The notes: generated from the letters alone by a model not told the origin. Positions 27,790 to 41,454 are shown, counted from the stretch's first letter. The stretch: 64,000 nucleotides of DNA from Octopus sinensis (GCF_006345805.1 NW_021833048.1:21736-85735); one strand, 5' to 3'. A program made the numbers and translations.

Positions 27790-29075
27790 TAGTACCGCAT
27801 CGACTGGCCTCCGTGCTGTGGGCACGTAACAAACACCATCCGACCATGGCCGTTCGCCAGCCTCATCTGGCACCTGTGTCGGTGGCACATAAAAACACCA
27901 TCCGAAGACCCGGCAAGACTAGTCAGGCCATAACCCGTGGCCCCTACCTGGGACATAGTCAGTCCACCTGTGCATACCTTCCTATTGTGACACTTGTGAA
28001 GACCTGTTGAGGCAAGTGAAAATCAAAACAAATCAAATAGATGAACATCAATGGAATTTGTATCTTTGTGGTACCAGTGCCGGTGGCACACAAGAAAACC
28101 ATCCGAACGTGGCCGTAGCCAGTACCGCATCGACTGGCCTCCGTGCTGTGGGCACGTAACAAACACCATCCGATCGTGGCCGTTCGCCAGCCTGATCTGG
28201 CACCTGTGTCGGTGGCACATAAAAACACCATCCGAAGACCCGGCAAGACTAGTCAGGCCATAACCCGTGGCCCCTACCTGGGACATAGTCAGTCCACCTG
28301 TGCATACCTTCCTATTGTGACACTTGTGAAGACCTGTTGAGGCAAGTGAAAATCAAAATAAATCAAATAGATGAACATCAATGGAATTTGTATCTTTGTG
28401 GTACCAGTGCCGGTGGCACACAAGAAAACGCATCGACTGGCCTCCGTGCTGTGGGCACGTAACAAACACCATCCGATCGTGGCCGTCTGCCAGCCTTGTC
28501 TGGCACCTGTGTCGGTGGCACATAAAAAACACCATCCGAGCGTGGCCATCTGCCAGCCTCGTCTGGCACCTGTGTCGGTGGCACATAAAAAACACCATCC
28601 GAGCGTGGCCGTCTGCCAGCCTCGTCTGGCACCTGTGTCGGTGGCACATAAAAAACACCATCCGAGCGTGGCCGTCTGCCAGCCTCGTCTGGCACCTGTG
28701 TCGGTGGCACATAAAAAACACCATCCGACCGTGGCCGTTTGCCAGCCTCGTCTGGCACCTGTGTCGGTGGCACATAAAAACACCAATCCGACCGTGGCCG
28801 TTTGCCAGCCTCGTCTGGCACCTGTGTCGGTGGCACATAAAAACACCAATCCGACCGTGGCCGTTTGCCAGCCCTGTCTGGCACCTGTGCAGGTGGCATG
28901 TAAAAAGCACCCACTTCACTCACGGAGTGGTTGGCGTTAGGAAGGGCATCCAGCTGTAGAAACACTGCCAGATCTGATGGCCTGGTGCAGCCTTCTGGCT
29001 TCCCAGATCCCCGGTCGAACCGTCCAACCCATGCTAGCATGGAAAGCGGACGTTAAATGATGATGATGATGATGA
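27790..29075 (+). mobile_element. Family D non-autonomous retroelement (GGTTGGCGTTAGGAAGGGCATCC core, (GAT)n tail) with an expanded tandem 5' region
   Basis: Two 330-bp units (27791 and 28121), then about six 63-bp units, then the conserved core and GAT tail. Other copies at about 11200-11580, 11960-12500, 18655-18960, 24985-25140, 29560-29750, 32150-32390, 35515-36040 and 39740-39960. Confidence 0.75.
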
Positions 29076-30705
29076 TATATATATATATATATATATATAT
29101 ATCATCATCATCATCATCATCTGGACAAAAGAGATTGATAGAATAAGTACGTGGCTTAGAAAAATCAAGCACCTGGGTCGATTTGTGCAAGTGAGACCCT
29201 TCGAGGCGGTGCTCCAGCATGGACGCAGTCTAATGACTGAAACAAGTGGAAGAATTTATGCCTTGTGTTTAACACCTGTTTATCGTTGCCAGAGCAACAA
29301 GCTGGTCTCCGAGCCAATGGCACATGAAAAAGAATTCGAGCGAGGTCGTTCCCAGTGCACCCGCACTGGCCCCTGTGCAGGTGGCACCTAAAAAGCACCA
29401 TTTGGGCGTGGCCGTTGCCAGTACCTATTTCTTTACTACCCACAAGGGGCCAAACACAGAGAGGACAAACAAGGACAGACAAACGGATTAAGTCGATTAC
29501 ATCGACCCCAGTGCGTAACTGGTACTTATTTAATCGACCCCGAAAGGGTGAAAGGCAAAGTCGCCTGACTGGCCCTCGTGCCGGTGGCACGTAAAAGCAC
29601 CCACTACACTCGGAGTGGTTGGCGTTAGGAAGGGCATCCAGTTGTAGAAACTCTGCCAGACTGGAGCCTGGTGCAGCCATCTGGTTCGCCAGTCCTCAGT
29701 CAAATTGTCCAACCCATGCTAGCATGGAAAGCGGACGTTAAATGATGATGATATATCAAAAAGTCGGATCTTTTCGGTTTGAATGGCAGTTTTTTTCTAG
29801 CGGTGTCATGAAATTGTCACCCATAATTATGACCCTAGTATCGATCTATTGCATTTCAATCTGTTTTAGGGTTAGGGGTGGGGGGAAGGGTATCTTTTTT
29901 TCTTCAGAAATGTAAATAAACCCAATCTGTTTCTTAAACGGGGGACATATTCATACGGCACAGAATGTTTTTTTACCTCAATAGACGTCAGTGATTGGTT
30001 GAAATTGCAGAAATTGAAGAAATTAAAGACCAAATATCTTACAAACTACAGAATTTTCTCAATAAAGAATGGCGATCCCCCAGCATGGCCACAGCTATCA
30101 AACCGAAAAGATCCCTCAATTTAGCTATTCAATAAACTAAGTATCAAAGTGACAAAAACCACTGAAGGCACCCCCTCCCCACCATCTGCGAATGAATTTA
30201 TTAAATTATCGCAAAAAAGTAAAAAACGAAAAAAAAAAAACGTTTAAAATAAGGGGAGGTAATTATGAGTCGTTTAGTATTAATATAAGGGAGGTAATAA
30301 TGATAGAGTGCCGGCAAGTGAACCTCTATGTGGTTGCTAGATCTGCTAGAAATAACAGTAAAAATTTTTTTCCTTATATCCATTTTACCATTTCAGAAAA
30401 ATGGGGTCACCATTGATGATGTAGTAGAACTCTATAGACAATGCCTTACAGAAAGACAGGCTTGCCATGGTTTGAACGTTCCAGGCGTGACCATTATTCT
30501 AGATGCACCTGGCTCTTTCCTATTTTAGGGGTTGTAGGTTTTGATTTGAGAGCAACCTGGAGAGTTGCTATGGGTGCAATTTGAATTCAGCACACGAAAG
30601 GATTATTGCACCACAAGACATTTAGATGGGCGCTCTACCAATTCTATTATCCACCACCCGATAAATATTCCTGTTCTTCTATGTAATTCTATTTTTTTTC
30701 TCAAG

Positions 30706-30781
30706 ATTATTTGAAGCGCTGGCAGTTATACCGGTCAGAGAAAGACAAATATGTGAAAGCCAAGCCGGCTTCGAATTTACG
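30706..30781 (+). CDS. CKAP2: CKAP2-like, exon 2 (DYLKRWQLYRSEKDKYVKAKPASNLR)
   Basis: Acceptor tttttttctcaAG and donor GTaagt at 30782. Phase 1 in and phase 2 out matches exon 3. Confidence 0.78.
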
Positions 30782-30974
30782 GTAAGTGGAGTGGAAATAA
30801 TTGCTTAACCCTTCAACTGCAAAATTAAATTTCATGGGTTATTCCAATAATGATTTTTAAGAATCTACCAAAAAATTAGAATTGGTATTTTATGCCAGTC
30901 ACATTATCTCAAATAAATTTGACATTTCTCATCAAAAACTAGTTTCAAGCATGATATTCCTCAGCAAAAGATTA

Positions 30975-31785
30975 TCTTCTATATATATAAATGGCAAAAT
31001 GTTTGTCTGTGTGTGTGTGTCCTTTATACAAATCCACAATTTTTCAGTTAGAGGGCTCGCACTTTCTGTGGTCATTCAAAACTGTCCAAGGGTGGTTGTG
31101 CACATCTTTACATTTCCCCAGTCACCCAGCAAATCTCTATATATATAAACGGCAAAATGTCTGTGTGTGTGTGTCCTTTATACAAATCCACAATTTTTCA
31201 GTTAGAGGGCTCGCACTTTCTATGGTCATTCAAAACCATCCAAGGGTGGTCGTGCACATCTTTACATTTCTCCAGTCTCCCCGCAAAGCCATTAAATATA
31301 TATATAAACGGCAAAATGTGTGTGTGTGTCCTTTATACAAATCCACAATTTTTCAGTTAGAGGGCTTGCACTTTCTATGGTCATTCAAAACCGTCCAAGG
31401 GTGGTCGTGCACATCTTTACATTTCCCCAGTCTCCCCGCAAAGCCATTAAATATATATATATATAAACGGCAAAATGTCTGTCTGTGTGTGTGTCCTTTA
31501 TACAAATCCACAATTTTTCAGTTAGAGGGCTCGCACTTTCTATGGTCATTCAAAACCGTCCAAGGGTGGTCGTGCACATCTTTACATTTCCCCAGTCACC
31601 CCGCAAAGCTATTAAAAAATCAATAGAAGTGACTTTTTTGTGAATTTTCTTTCCAAAACCCAATCAAAATGCCCGAAACTTAATACACCAATTGAATGCC
31701 AGCTAGCTGTATGTGATTGGTCGGAGATTTGGACAGTACTCGCGTGTATGTGCGCATGCACGCAGCAGTATATGCATGCACTAGT
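30975..31785 (+). mobile_element. Non-autonomous Helitron-like element with four tandem ~160-bp 5' units
   Basis: Units start (c)tatatatataaa(c/t)ggcaaaatg at about 30980, 31140, 31300 and 31458. The 3' end has a gcatgc...gcatgc hairpin followed by CTAG-T at 31781-31785. Confidence 0.6.
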
Positions 31786-32399
31786 TGGAATATAAAACTG
31801 CTTTCTGCAATTAAGGGTAATGACAGTTGAGGGGATGTATCTGATTTCCACAGTAAAAGGGTTCAGCCCTTCTTCCTCAATTTTTAACCTTTCTTTATCT
31901 TTTCTTAATATTTTTTTTTGTATTCCATGTTACATAAATATTTAACCCATTCTTGGTGTTATGAAGTAAACCTTTGCAACCATCATCATCGTCGTCATCA
32001 TCATTTTAGTACAATCTTTTATGTTAGCATGGGTTAGACAAGTTCCTCTTCAGTACAGAGTTAAAGTCCTTCATCATCTCCTTCATGAAGTCCAACATCC
32101 TGAGATCAACTCCTACCATTTCTTTCTGTCATTTTCATTTTCATCATCATCATCATCGTTTAACGTCCGTTTTCCACACTAGCATGGGCTGGACGGTTCG
32201 ACCGAGGTCTAGTAAGCCATGGAGGCTGCACCAGGCTCCAGTCTGATCTGGCAGTGTTTCTACAGCTGGTGGTCCTTCCTAACGCCAACCACTCCGTGAG
32301 TGTAGTGGGTGCTTTTTACGTGCCACCGCCACAGGTGCCAGAGGAGGCTGGCAACGGCTACAATCGGTTGGTGCTTTTTACGTGCCACGCAAACTGGAA

Positions 32400-32880
32400 C
32401 TTTAACGCAGCTCTTGTCCCTCCTTAGTTCTGTTCCAAGCTAGCTCCGACTCTCGCTTCCAAGTGTCTTTTGTACCTTTGTTTCACTGGAGAGCTACATT
32501 CTCGTCCCTTCAGCAACCATTTGTAGCAGCAGTTCCCATTCTTTCATCTCCGTATCAAAGAGGGCCAGTAAAACCCCTCTCGTTCCCTACTTACATCCTC
32601 ACCAATGGCATCTGATTCACAGACACCTCCTTATAAACCACAAAACATTTTGCAACTCTGATCCTCTCATTGCAGAACTCTGGCAACTATTCACCTTTGT
32701 CTCCACCCCTGGGTGAGTATCTCTAAATGCCTAGCTTCTCTCGTAGCTAGTTAACCCCGATTTTGTCCCTTAGCTCCTTTGTACTATTCTTTCCATGCCT
32801 TGTAGTTTTTATGGCTATATCTGCCATACCATTCCACCACCTTGTCACCGTCCACCTTGTTCTGTCCACAGATCTGGTCT
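32400..32880 (-). mobile_element. Degenerate RTE-like LINE internal fragment
   Basis: Complex purine-rich minus-strand sequence with many stops and frameshifts that loosely resembles the endonuclease-RT linker of RTE elements. Confidence 0.4.
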
Positions 32881-32928
32881 GTGGTTCACAGCAGATTGTT
32901 CAGTGGGAACTCCTAGCTGTCGTCTTTG

Positions 32929-33912
32929 TTAACCTTTTTGTTACCTTATTTCTGTTGAGATGCTCTGTGTTTCTTTCAATTGATTTTAAATATAACAAAG
33001 AATTTAGTAAAATAACTTAGTTTATCATTAAGCTAGTGTTAGGAACATAAATTGTGACTAAGGTTTGGTGGAAGATTTTAATTCAGAACTTATGAAAACA
33101 AGACATTTGTACTCAGAGCCAGAGGCTGTTTCAGCCAGGTTGGTATCGAAAGGGTTAAGAATTGTTTCTCTATTATATATTTTAACCCTTTTGTTACCAT
33201 ATTTCTGTTGAGATGCTCTGTGTTTCTTTCAATTATTTTAAATATAACAAAGAATTTAGTAAAATAACTTGGTTATCATTCAGCTAGTGTTAGGAACATA
33301 AATTGTGACCAAGGTTTGGTGGAAGATTTTAATTCAAAACTTATGAAAACAAGACATTTGTACTCAGAGCCAGAGGTGGTTTCAGCGGGTGGTGGTATCA
33401 AAAGGGTTAAGATTGTTTCTCTATTATATATTTTAACCTTTTGTTACCATATTTCAGTTGAGATGCTCTGTGTTTCTTTCAATTAATTTTAATATAACAA
33501 AGAATTTTGTAAAATAACTTTGTTATCATTAACCTAGTGTTAGGAACATAAATTGTGACTAAGGTTTGGTGGAAGATTTTAATTCAGAACCTTTGAAAAC
33601 AAGACATTTGTACTACAGAGCCAGAGGTGGTTTCAGCCAGGTTGATATCGAAAGGGTTAAGAATTGTTTCTCTATTATATATTTTAACCCTTTTGTTACC
33701 ATATTTCTGTTGAGATGCTCTGTGTTTCTTTCAATTACTTTAAATATAACAAAGAATTTAGTAGAATAACTTGGTAATCATTCAGCTAGTGTTAGAAACA
33801 TAAATTGTGACTAAGGTTTGGTGGAAGATTTTAATTAAAATTTCATGAAAACAAGACATTTGTACTACGGAGCCAGAGGCTGTTTCAGGTGGGTTGGTAA
33901 CGAATGGTTTAA
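32929..33912. mobile_element. Four tandem copies of a piggyBac-like MITE plus spacer
   Basis: Units ttaacccttttgttacca...tggtatc(a/g)aaagggttaa with period about 251 bp, separated by the same ~23-bp spacer. Confidence 0.7.
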
Positions 33913-34203
33913 AAGACAGCATCTCCTCTTAGACATACTTTACCAAAAATCTCTTTGAACCTCCATCTAACAGCATGTTTGCCCAGTTTCCATTCCTGCC
34001 TCTGGTTCGCTTCCTCTAGGGCCACTAATCACTAACACCGGTCAAGTGCTAGAATTGTTAGCTGGTGTGTTTATGTGCCTATAACTTAGCAGTTCGGCAT
34101 AAAAGACCGATAGAATAAGTACCAGGCTTACAAAGAATAAGTCCTGCAGTTGATTTGTTCCTCCAGCACAATGATTTGTTTTTTTTTGTTTTTCTTGTCA
34201 CAG

Positions 34204-34698
34204 GCGGAAAACCATTTGCATTGGAGAAGGGAAATCTTCAAACCAAGAAGAAAAGATGGAATGTCAGTCTGGTATGAAAAATAATGCCAAAGCGGGAAGT
34301 TCTGCTCTGACGAAGAAGCATCTCCGCTTCTCGACCAATTCCTGCAGACCAGAGAAAAGAAGTTCCTTGATGCCGGCTGCAAAGCGCTATGTTGCTAGCA
34401 GGACCGATTCCAATTTGACGAAACTCAAAGAGGAGGCGAGGAAAAGACACAAGAACGTGAAACCAGCGATGGAGGCGTGCGAGTACAAACTGAACGACCT
34501 GCTGGCAACGTCCCAGATCTTTGGAACACCAAACACGGTGCGGGTACCAGCGCTGCTCAAGAAGGTCACCAAGCGCTGCCTGACTGAGCAGAACGGTAGG
34601 GCACCAGTGCAAGAACCGTTGAAGTCGACTACAGCGAAAGAGAACTTGGAACAAGCGCCACCGACCACCACCGGGAAACGGAAACATCTTTATAGAAG
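34204..34698 (+). CDS. CKAP2: CKAP2-like, exon 3 (basic low-complexity region containing a KEN motif)
   Basis: Acceptor tcacAG at 34202-34203, 495-bp open frame (track ORF 34256-34771), donor GTttgt at 34699, phase 2 at both ends. Confidence 0.85.
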
Positions 34699-36139
34699 GT
34701 TTGTTGTTTTATTTTTGGAATTTTTTTCTTTTCGTCTTTTGCAGCTTCCAGTTTCGTTTGTTGGAGAGTGAGTGGCCATGCTGGGGCATCACATTGACAA
34801 TTAACAGAATTCTCTTTTACTCTTTTACTTGTCTCAGTCATTTGACTGTGGCCATGCTGGAGCACCGCCTTTAGTCAAGCAAATCGATCGCAGGACTTAT
34901 TCTTTGTAAGCCTAGTACTTGTTCTATCGGTCTCTTTTGCTGAACCGCTAAGTTACCGGAACATAAACACACCAGCATCGGTTGTCAAGTGATGTTGGGG
35001 GGACAAACACAGACATACAAACATACACACACACACACACACACATATACATATATATGATGGGATCAGTTTCCGTCTACTAAATCCACTCACAAGGCTT
35101 TGGTCGGCCCGAGGCTATAGCAGAAGGCACGTGCCCAAGGTGCCACGCGGTGGGACTGAACCCAGAACCATGAGGTTCGTGAGCAAGCTACTTACTACAC
35201 AGCTACGCCTACGCCTATCTAATTACTATCTTCGTTAATATTTTCCTTCTTCAGGCAGCGAACTGGCAGAATCATTTGCATGCTGGGCAAATTGTTTAGC
35301 AGCATTTTGTATGTCTTTATGTTCTGAGTTCAAATTCCACCAGGGACAGCCTTTCATCCTTTCGGGGTCAATAAAATTAAAACCAGTTGTGTCACTGTAA
35401 ACGACTTTCTCCTCCTCCTCTCAAAAATTGCTGGCCTTGTGCCAAAATTGGAAACCGTTGTTGTTGTTTTATATTTCAAAGATTCCTTACAACTTGCAAG
35501 ATTTTTTCAGCTGGAGACGGTGGCACGTAAAAAGCACCAACCGATCGTGGCTGTTGCCAGCCTCCCCTGGCACCTGTGCTGGTGGCATGTAAAATGCACC
35601 CACTACACTCATGGAGTGGTTGGCGTTAGGAAGGGCATCCAGCTGTAGAAACACTGCCAGATCAGACTGGAGCCTGGTGCAGCCTCCATGGCTTCCCAGA
35701 CACCAGTTAAACCGTCCAACCCATGCTAGCATGGAAAGCGGACGTTAAACGATGATGATGTAACCATGGAGAAAGAAATTCTAGTTTATGGTACGTAAAA
35801 AGCACCAACCGATCGTGGCCGTTGCCAGCCTCCCCTGGCGCCTGTGCTGGTGGCACGTAAAATGCACCCACTACACTCACGGAGTGGTTGGCATTAGGAA
35901 GGGCATCCAGCTGTAGAAACTCTGCCAGATCAGTTTAGAGCCTGGTGCAGCCTCCTAGCTTCCCAGTCCCCAGTTAAACCGTCCAACCCATGCCAGCATG
36001 GAAAGCGGACGTTAAACGATGATGATGATGATGATGATGAGACTGACAAAGCCATCTCTGGAATCATCAGCTTTTATGGTATAACTCTTGTGTTAAACAC
36101 ACAAACAGGTATTGATTCTGGTTTTTTTTCGAATTTCAG

Positions 36140-36263
36140 CAAAGAGACCATCAGTTCTTTACGAAAGAAAAGCGCTCGCTCCTCAATCTCCGTGGTTCCA
36201 ACCTTGAACAAAACATCAACAAGTAAAAGACTCAACTTTGACAAAAACAAGACGACCGGACAG
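36140..36263 (+). CDS. CKAP2: CKAP2-like, exon 4 (SKETISSLRKKSARSS...KTTGQ)
   Basis: Acceptor tttcAG, donor GTaaac at 36264, phase 2 in and phase 0 out. Confidence 0.85.
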
Positions 36264-37623
36264 GTAAACTTTTTTCTTATTCTATCGCAATTTATAAACT
36301 GTCTTCCTTTACCTCTTTTTCTCTCTTTTTATCTTTTTACTTGTTTCAGTCATTTGACTGTGGCCATGCTGGAGCACCACCTTTAGTCGAGCAAATCGAC
36401 CCCGGGACTTATTCTTTTAGTAAGCCCAGTACTTATTCTATCGGTCTCTTTTGCTAAGTGACGGGGACGTAAACACACCAGCATCGGTTGTCAAGCAATG
36501 CTAGGGGGACAAACACACACACACATACATACATATATATATATACATATATACAACGGGCTTCTTTCAGTTTCCGTCTACCAAATCCACTCACACAAAC
36601 ACACACACACATACATATATATATATATGTTGGCGATTTTTTTTCCCTCTGTCTTCCCTTCTATGTTTCCGACGAAGAGCTCCGCTCGAAACGTTAAACC
36701 CTCCTTCTTCCCTTCCTTCCTGAGCGTCCAATAATACTATATTTGTTCCACGTCCTCGCGTTGTTGTGTTTTTTTGTGCTTTCTTGTTTGGATTAACTAT
36801 ATACATATATATATATATATACATATATACGACAGGCTTCTTTCAGTTTCCGTCTACCAAATCCACTCACAAGGCTTTGGTAGGCCTGGGGCTATAGCAG
36901 AAGATAGTTGCCTAAGATGCCACGCAGTGGGACTGAACCCGGAACCATGTGGTTGGTAAACAAGCTACTTACCACACAGCCACTCCTGCGCCTCTGTTTT
37001 TCTCTACATCTATCTTTCTCTATGTTTGGCTAGCTATCTGTCTGTGTGTCTGTCTATCTAATTATCCATCTGTCTGTTGGTCTGCCTATCATACTTGTAC
37101 TTGTGACGGCGTTTACCCAGGGTGGGCTGAGCCGGCTTCTTCTCTGGTCCTGATGGCATCACGAACCATGGCAGCCCACGGGTGGTGTAAACGAGCAGTG
37201 TTGGAGCTACGCCGTTGGGAACTTCGGCTGCTAGTAGGGCCACCCAAGGTGGATTGGTCTGGCACCGAGCGGTGTTAGGGGCCACAGCCTGGCCAACGGG
37301 GCTCTGGTGAAAATCCCAAGAGGCATCTGATTGGCAACTGGCGGCTTTGAGGTTGTTCTGTACCTGCGTCTGTTGAGACTCCGCTGCAAACAGGGCGTCC
37401 CATCACTCGGGATACACATGTGGGATGTCGGGGACCACTTGTGAATTCAATATTCCCACGAAACTTCTTCTATGAATCCTACTACTACCATCTGTCTATT
37501 GATCTGTCGATTTATGTATATATCTATCTGTCTATCTGCTTATCCTCCAATCTAGCTACCCACCCACCCACATCCCTTCCTTTTCGGATGCTATTTAATG
37601 CCAGGACAGTCCATCACCACCAA

Positions 37624-38040
37624 GGCGCAGGAGTGGCTGTGTGGTAATTAGCTTGCTTACCAACCACATGGTTCCGGGTTCAGTCCCACTGCGTGGTACC
37701 TTGGTCAAGTGTCTTCTATAGCACTGGGCCGTCCAAAGCCTTGTGAGTGGATTTAGTAGACGGAAACTGAAAGAAGCCCGTCGTATATATGTGTGTGTGT
37801 GTGCATATATATATATATGATTGTGTCTGTGTTTGTCCCCTCCCACCACCACCATCGCTTGACAACCGATGCTGGTGTGTTTACGTCCCCCGTAACTTAG
37901 CGGTTCGGCAAAAAGAGACTGATAGAATAAGTACTAGGCTTACAAAGAATAAGTCCTGGGGGTCAATTTGCTTGACTAAAAGGCGGTGCTCCAGCATGGC
38001 CACAGTCAAATGACTCAAACAAATAGAACAGTAAAAGACC
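37624..38040 (+). mobile_element. SINE family A, full length
   Basis: Consensus match; its flanks resemble those of the 41590 copy. Confidence 0.85.
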
Positions 38041-38755
38041 CTCTACCATCACCACCTCCACCATCACCCCTATTATCTCCAGCATCATCATCACCCTCAT
38101 CACTTCCACCGTTTCCTCCACCATCTGCCTATCGGTCTACTAGTCTGCCTATTATCTGTCTATTGATCTGTCGATTTATGTATATATCTATCAAGCTATC
38201 TATCTGTCTGTCTATCTGCTTATCCTCCTATCTAGCTACCCACCCACCCACCTACCCTCATCCCTTCTCGGATGCTATTTAACGCCAGGACAGTCCAAAT
38301 CCCGTAGTCTTACAATCAGCGGAGTTCCAATCATTGCCTGTCGTGTGTGTGTGTGTGTGTGTGTCCATCGCCACTTGACAACCAGTATTGGTGTATTTAC
38401 ATCCCTGTAACTTAGCGGTTCAGCCAAAGAGACTGATAGAATAAATATTAGGGTTTGAAAAAAAAGTCCTGGGATTGATTTGCTCGACTGAAACCCCTTC
38501 AAGGGCATGCTCCAGCATGGCCACAGTCGACTGAAAGAAGTAATAGTATGTATGGGAAAGATATGACCTTATGAGGGTTGGTCACAGGAAAGGCATCCAG
38601 CCTTTGGCTCTCTGCCACCCCCACTCCCAAATTCCAAGCATAGAAAAGTGGGTTTATGATGATGATGGTGATGATAATGACAACTATTGTTTTTCTTGCT
38701 ATTTTGCTCCTTCCATGACTCTCACCTCTGATTTTCTTCCGTCCCTCTAAAACAG

Positions 38756-38872
38756 GTTAAGCTCACACCGACCTCTGTGAAGGCGCAGAAGGAAAAAAAG
38801 GAAACTGCTCGCAAGGAAATCCAAGATCAGCTGAAATCCGTCATTGAGGAATGTTCCATTCTTTTGGATTCG
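38756..38872 (+). CDS. CKAP2: CKAP2-like, exon 5 (VKLTPTSVK...LKSVIEECSILLDS)
   Basis: Acceptor aacAG, donor GTaaga at 38873, 39 codons, phase 0 at both ends. Leads into the conserved C-terminal domain. Confidence 0.88.
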
Positions 38873-39319
38873 GTAAGAAAGAATTTTTAACCGTTTTCGT
38901 ATACTCTCTCTTTTACTCTTTTACTTGTTTCAGCCATTTGACTGCGGCCATGCTCGAGCATCACCTTTAGTCGAGTAAATCGACCCCACGACTTATTCTT
39001 TTGTAAGCCTAGTACTTATTCTATCGTTCTCTTTTGCCAAACCGCTAAGTGACGGGGACGTAAACACACCAGCATCGGTTGTCAAGCAATGCTAGGGGGA
39101 CTAACACAGACACACAAACACACATACATACATATAAATATATACATACATACGACAGGCTTCTTTCAGTTTCCGTCTACCAAATCCACTCACAAGGCAT
39201 TGGTCGGCCCAGGGCTATAGCAGAAGACACTTGCCCAAGGTGCCACGCAGTGGGACTGAACCCAGAACCATGTGGTTGGTAAGCGAGCTACTTACCACGC
39301 AGCCACCCCATCGCCTGTA

Positions 39320-39410
<91 letters not shown>

Positions 39411-41283
39411 GACGGGCTTCTTTCAGTTTCCGTCTACCAAATCCACTCACAAGGCTTTGGTCGGCCCGAGGCTATAGTAGAAGACACATGGCCAAGGTTC
39501 CACGCAGTGGGACTGAACCCGGAACCATGTGGTTGGTAAACAAGCTACTTACCACACAGCCACTCCTTTGTATATCTTTTTCTTTTATTTTTTGTCCTTT
39601 ATTTGTTTTAGACATTGGGCACTGGCCATGCTGGGGCTTCGTGTTGAAGAATTTTAGTTGAACAAATCAACCCCAGGTTTTGTTTTTTTTTAATCCAGGT
39701 ATTTATTGGTCTCCTTTTGATGAACCTCTAAGGCACATCATCATCATCATCGTCATTTAACATCCGTTGTCCATGCTGGCATGGGTTGGACGGTTTGACC
39801 AGGGCTGGCAAGCTGGAAGTCTGCACCAGACTCCAGTCTGATTTGGCATGGTTTTGCTATGGCTGGATGCCCTTCCTAACATGCCAACCACTCCGAGAGT
39901 GTAATGGGTGCTCTTATGTGCCAGTTGTGTGACACCAGTATCTACCACAACTACGACTTGACTTGGCTCAAGTACTGGGATGTAAACAAACCAACACTGG
40001 TTGTCAAGTGGTGGTGGGGTGACAGAAACCTACGTGATGGGCTTCCATACTGTTTCCATCTACCAAATTCCTTTATAAGGTATTTGCCAGTCCTGGGACT
40101 ATAGTAGAAGGCATTTGCCCATAGTGCTATGCAGTGGGATTGAACTGAAAACCTCATGGTTGCAAAGCAAGCTTCTTAACCACACAGCCATGCCTGCACC
40201 TCTGGAGAAGTATTTATTTATTTATGCGCCCTTTTAAAGCCTAGCCAGGCTCATGGGCCCGGTTTCCCTGTTTCTATGGCATGTGTGTTCCCCCCAGCTG
40301 AATGGAACGCCAGTCCATTGCAGCGTTACTCAAAAAACAGGAAGAAAGAGTGAGAGAAAGTTGGGGTGAGCAACTACGACAGGGGTCGCCACTACCCCCT
40401 GTTGGAGCCTCGTGGAGCTTTTAGGTATTTTCGCTCAATAAACACACGTAATGCCTGGTCTGGGAATTGAAACTGCGATCCTCTGAGTGTGAGTCCGCTG
40501 CCCTAACCACTGGACCATTGCGCCTCCACCTGTAGAAGTATAAGGTGACAAATTATATGTGTGTCTACGGTAGAGCATCCAACAAAATACCTTGTGGTGT
40601 TTGTTCCAGTTCTCTACACTCCGACTGGAAAATTCCACTGAGACCAGCTTTAATACCGTTGTCTGTCCTTGTTTATCCCCTCTGTGTGTGGCCCCTTGTG
40701 GGCAATAAAGAAATAAGAAAGCTCAATAGACAGATAAAGCGTTAGATAGACAATAGAATGATAGATAAACAGATAGATCAGTAGATAGATAGTCATGGCC
40801 CAAAGTTTGGAACATGCTAAGCCGGTAATTCCAATACATTTTCTCTCTTTCTCCACTTTCCTCTTCTCATGCCTTTCTGCCAAAGAGCATAGGCTCGAAA
40901 CATCAAGGACTTTTCCCTCACCTGTCTCTGTCTTTTGTTTTCTGTTCATCAGAACCATACTTGTGTGTGTGTGTTTGTGTTTTTGGCTCTTCACTAATGT
41001 TCAGCAACCGGTGTTGGTTCATTTATGCCCCCACAGCTTTGCAGCTCAGCAAAAGAAATCTGTAGAATAAGGACAAAACTTAGATAGCAAAATAAATTCT
41101 GGGGTCGATTTATTCAACTAAAAGTGATGCTCCAGCATGGCCTCAGCCTAATGCTTGAGACAAGTGAAAGGGGGAGAAAAAAACCTTTAATTGTTAAGAT
41201 CCTGGTTAAATGGCGGTGCCTCAGCATGGCCAAAGAATGATTTATATATATTAAATCTGTAATTTTTATTTGTGTTTCCTAAG

Positions 41284-41454
41284 GATTGCCCTCCTGCTTG
41301 TATCCTGCCCTGGCTTGAAGAAATTCAGCAGAAGATACCGCTGTGCCTCCATTCAGCTGAGTTTTGGATGTTGAAGGCACGGGTTCAATTCCTGCTCAAG
41401 GATGTTGACCAACTTTTTGAGGTGTTTGGCAATGCCATGAAGTACAAGGCCAAG
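41284..41454 (+). CDS. CKAP2: CKAP2-like, exon 6, CKAP2 C-terminal domain core (DCPPACILPWLEEIQQKIP...EFWMLKARV...FGNAMKYKAK)
   Basis: Acceptor cctaAG, donor GTgagt at 41455. The pattern CP..I...L....IP......(F/Y)W...A and A+...A.P resembles the CKAP2/CKAP2L C-terminal domain as recalled from memory; no database search was run. Confidence 0.88.

Noticed and set aside
26120-28880. CRISPR-like appearance of regular repeats
   Set aside because: There are no unique spacers, the units are contiguous tandem repeats, the context is eukaryotic and no cas genes are present.
28289-29040. Repetitive Cys/Trp-rich ORFs of 21-aa units
   Set aside because: Translation of the 63-bp tandem unit of a dispersed repeat family.
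37090-37440. GC-rich segment with short ORFs on both strands
   Set aside because: No domain signature. It may be a retroelement 5' UTR fragment, but I could not classify it.
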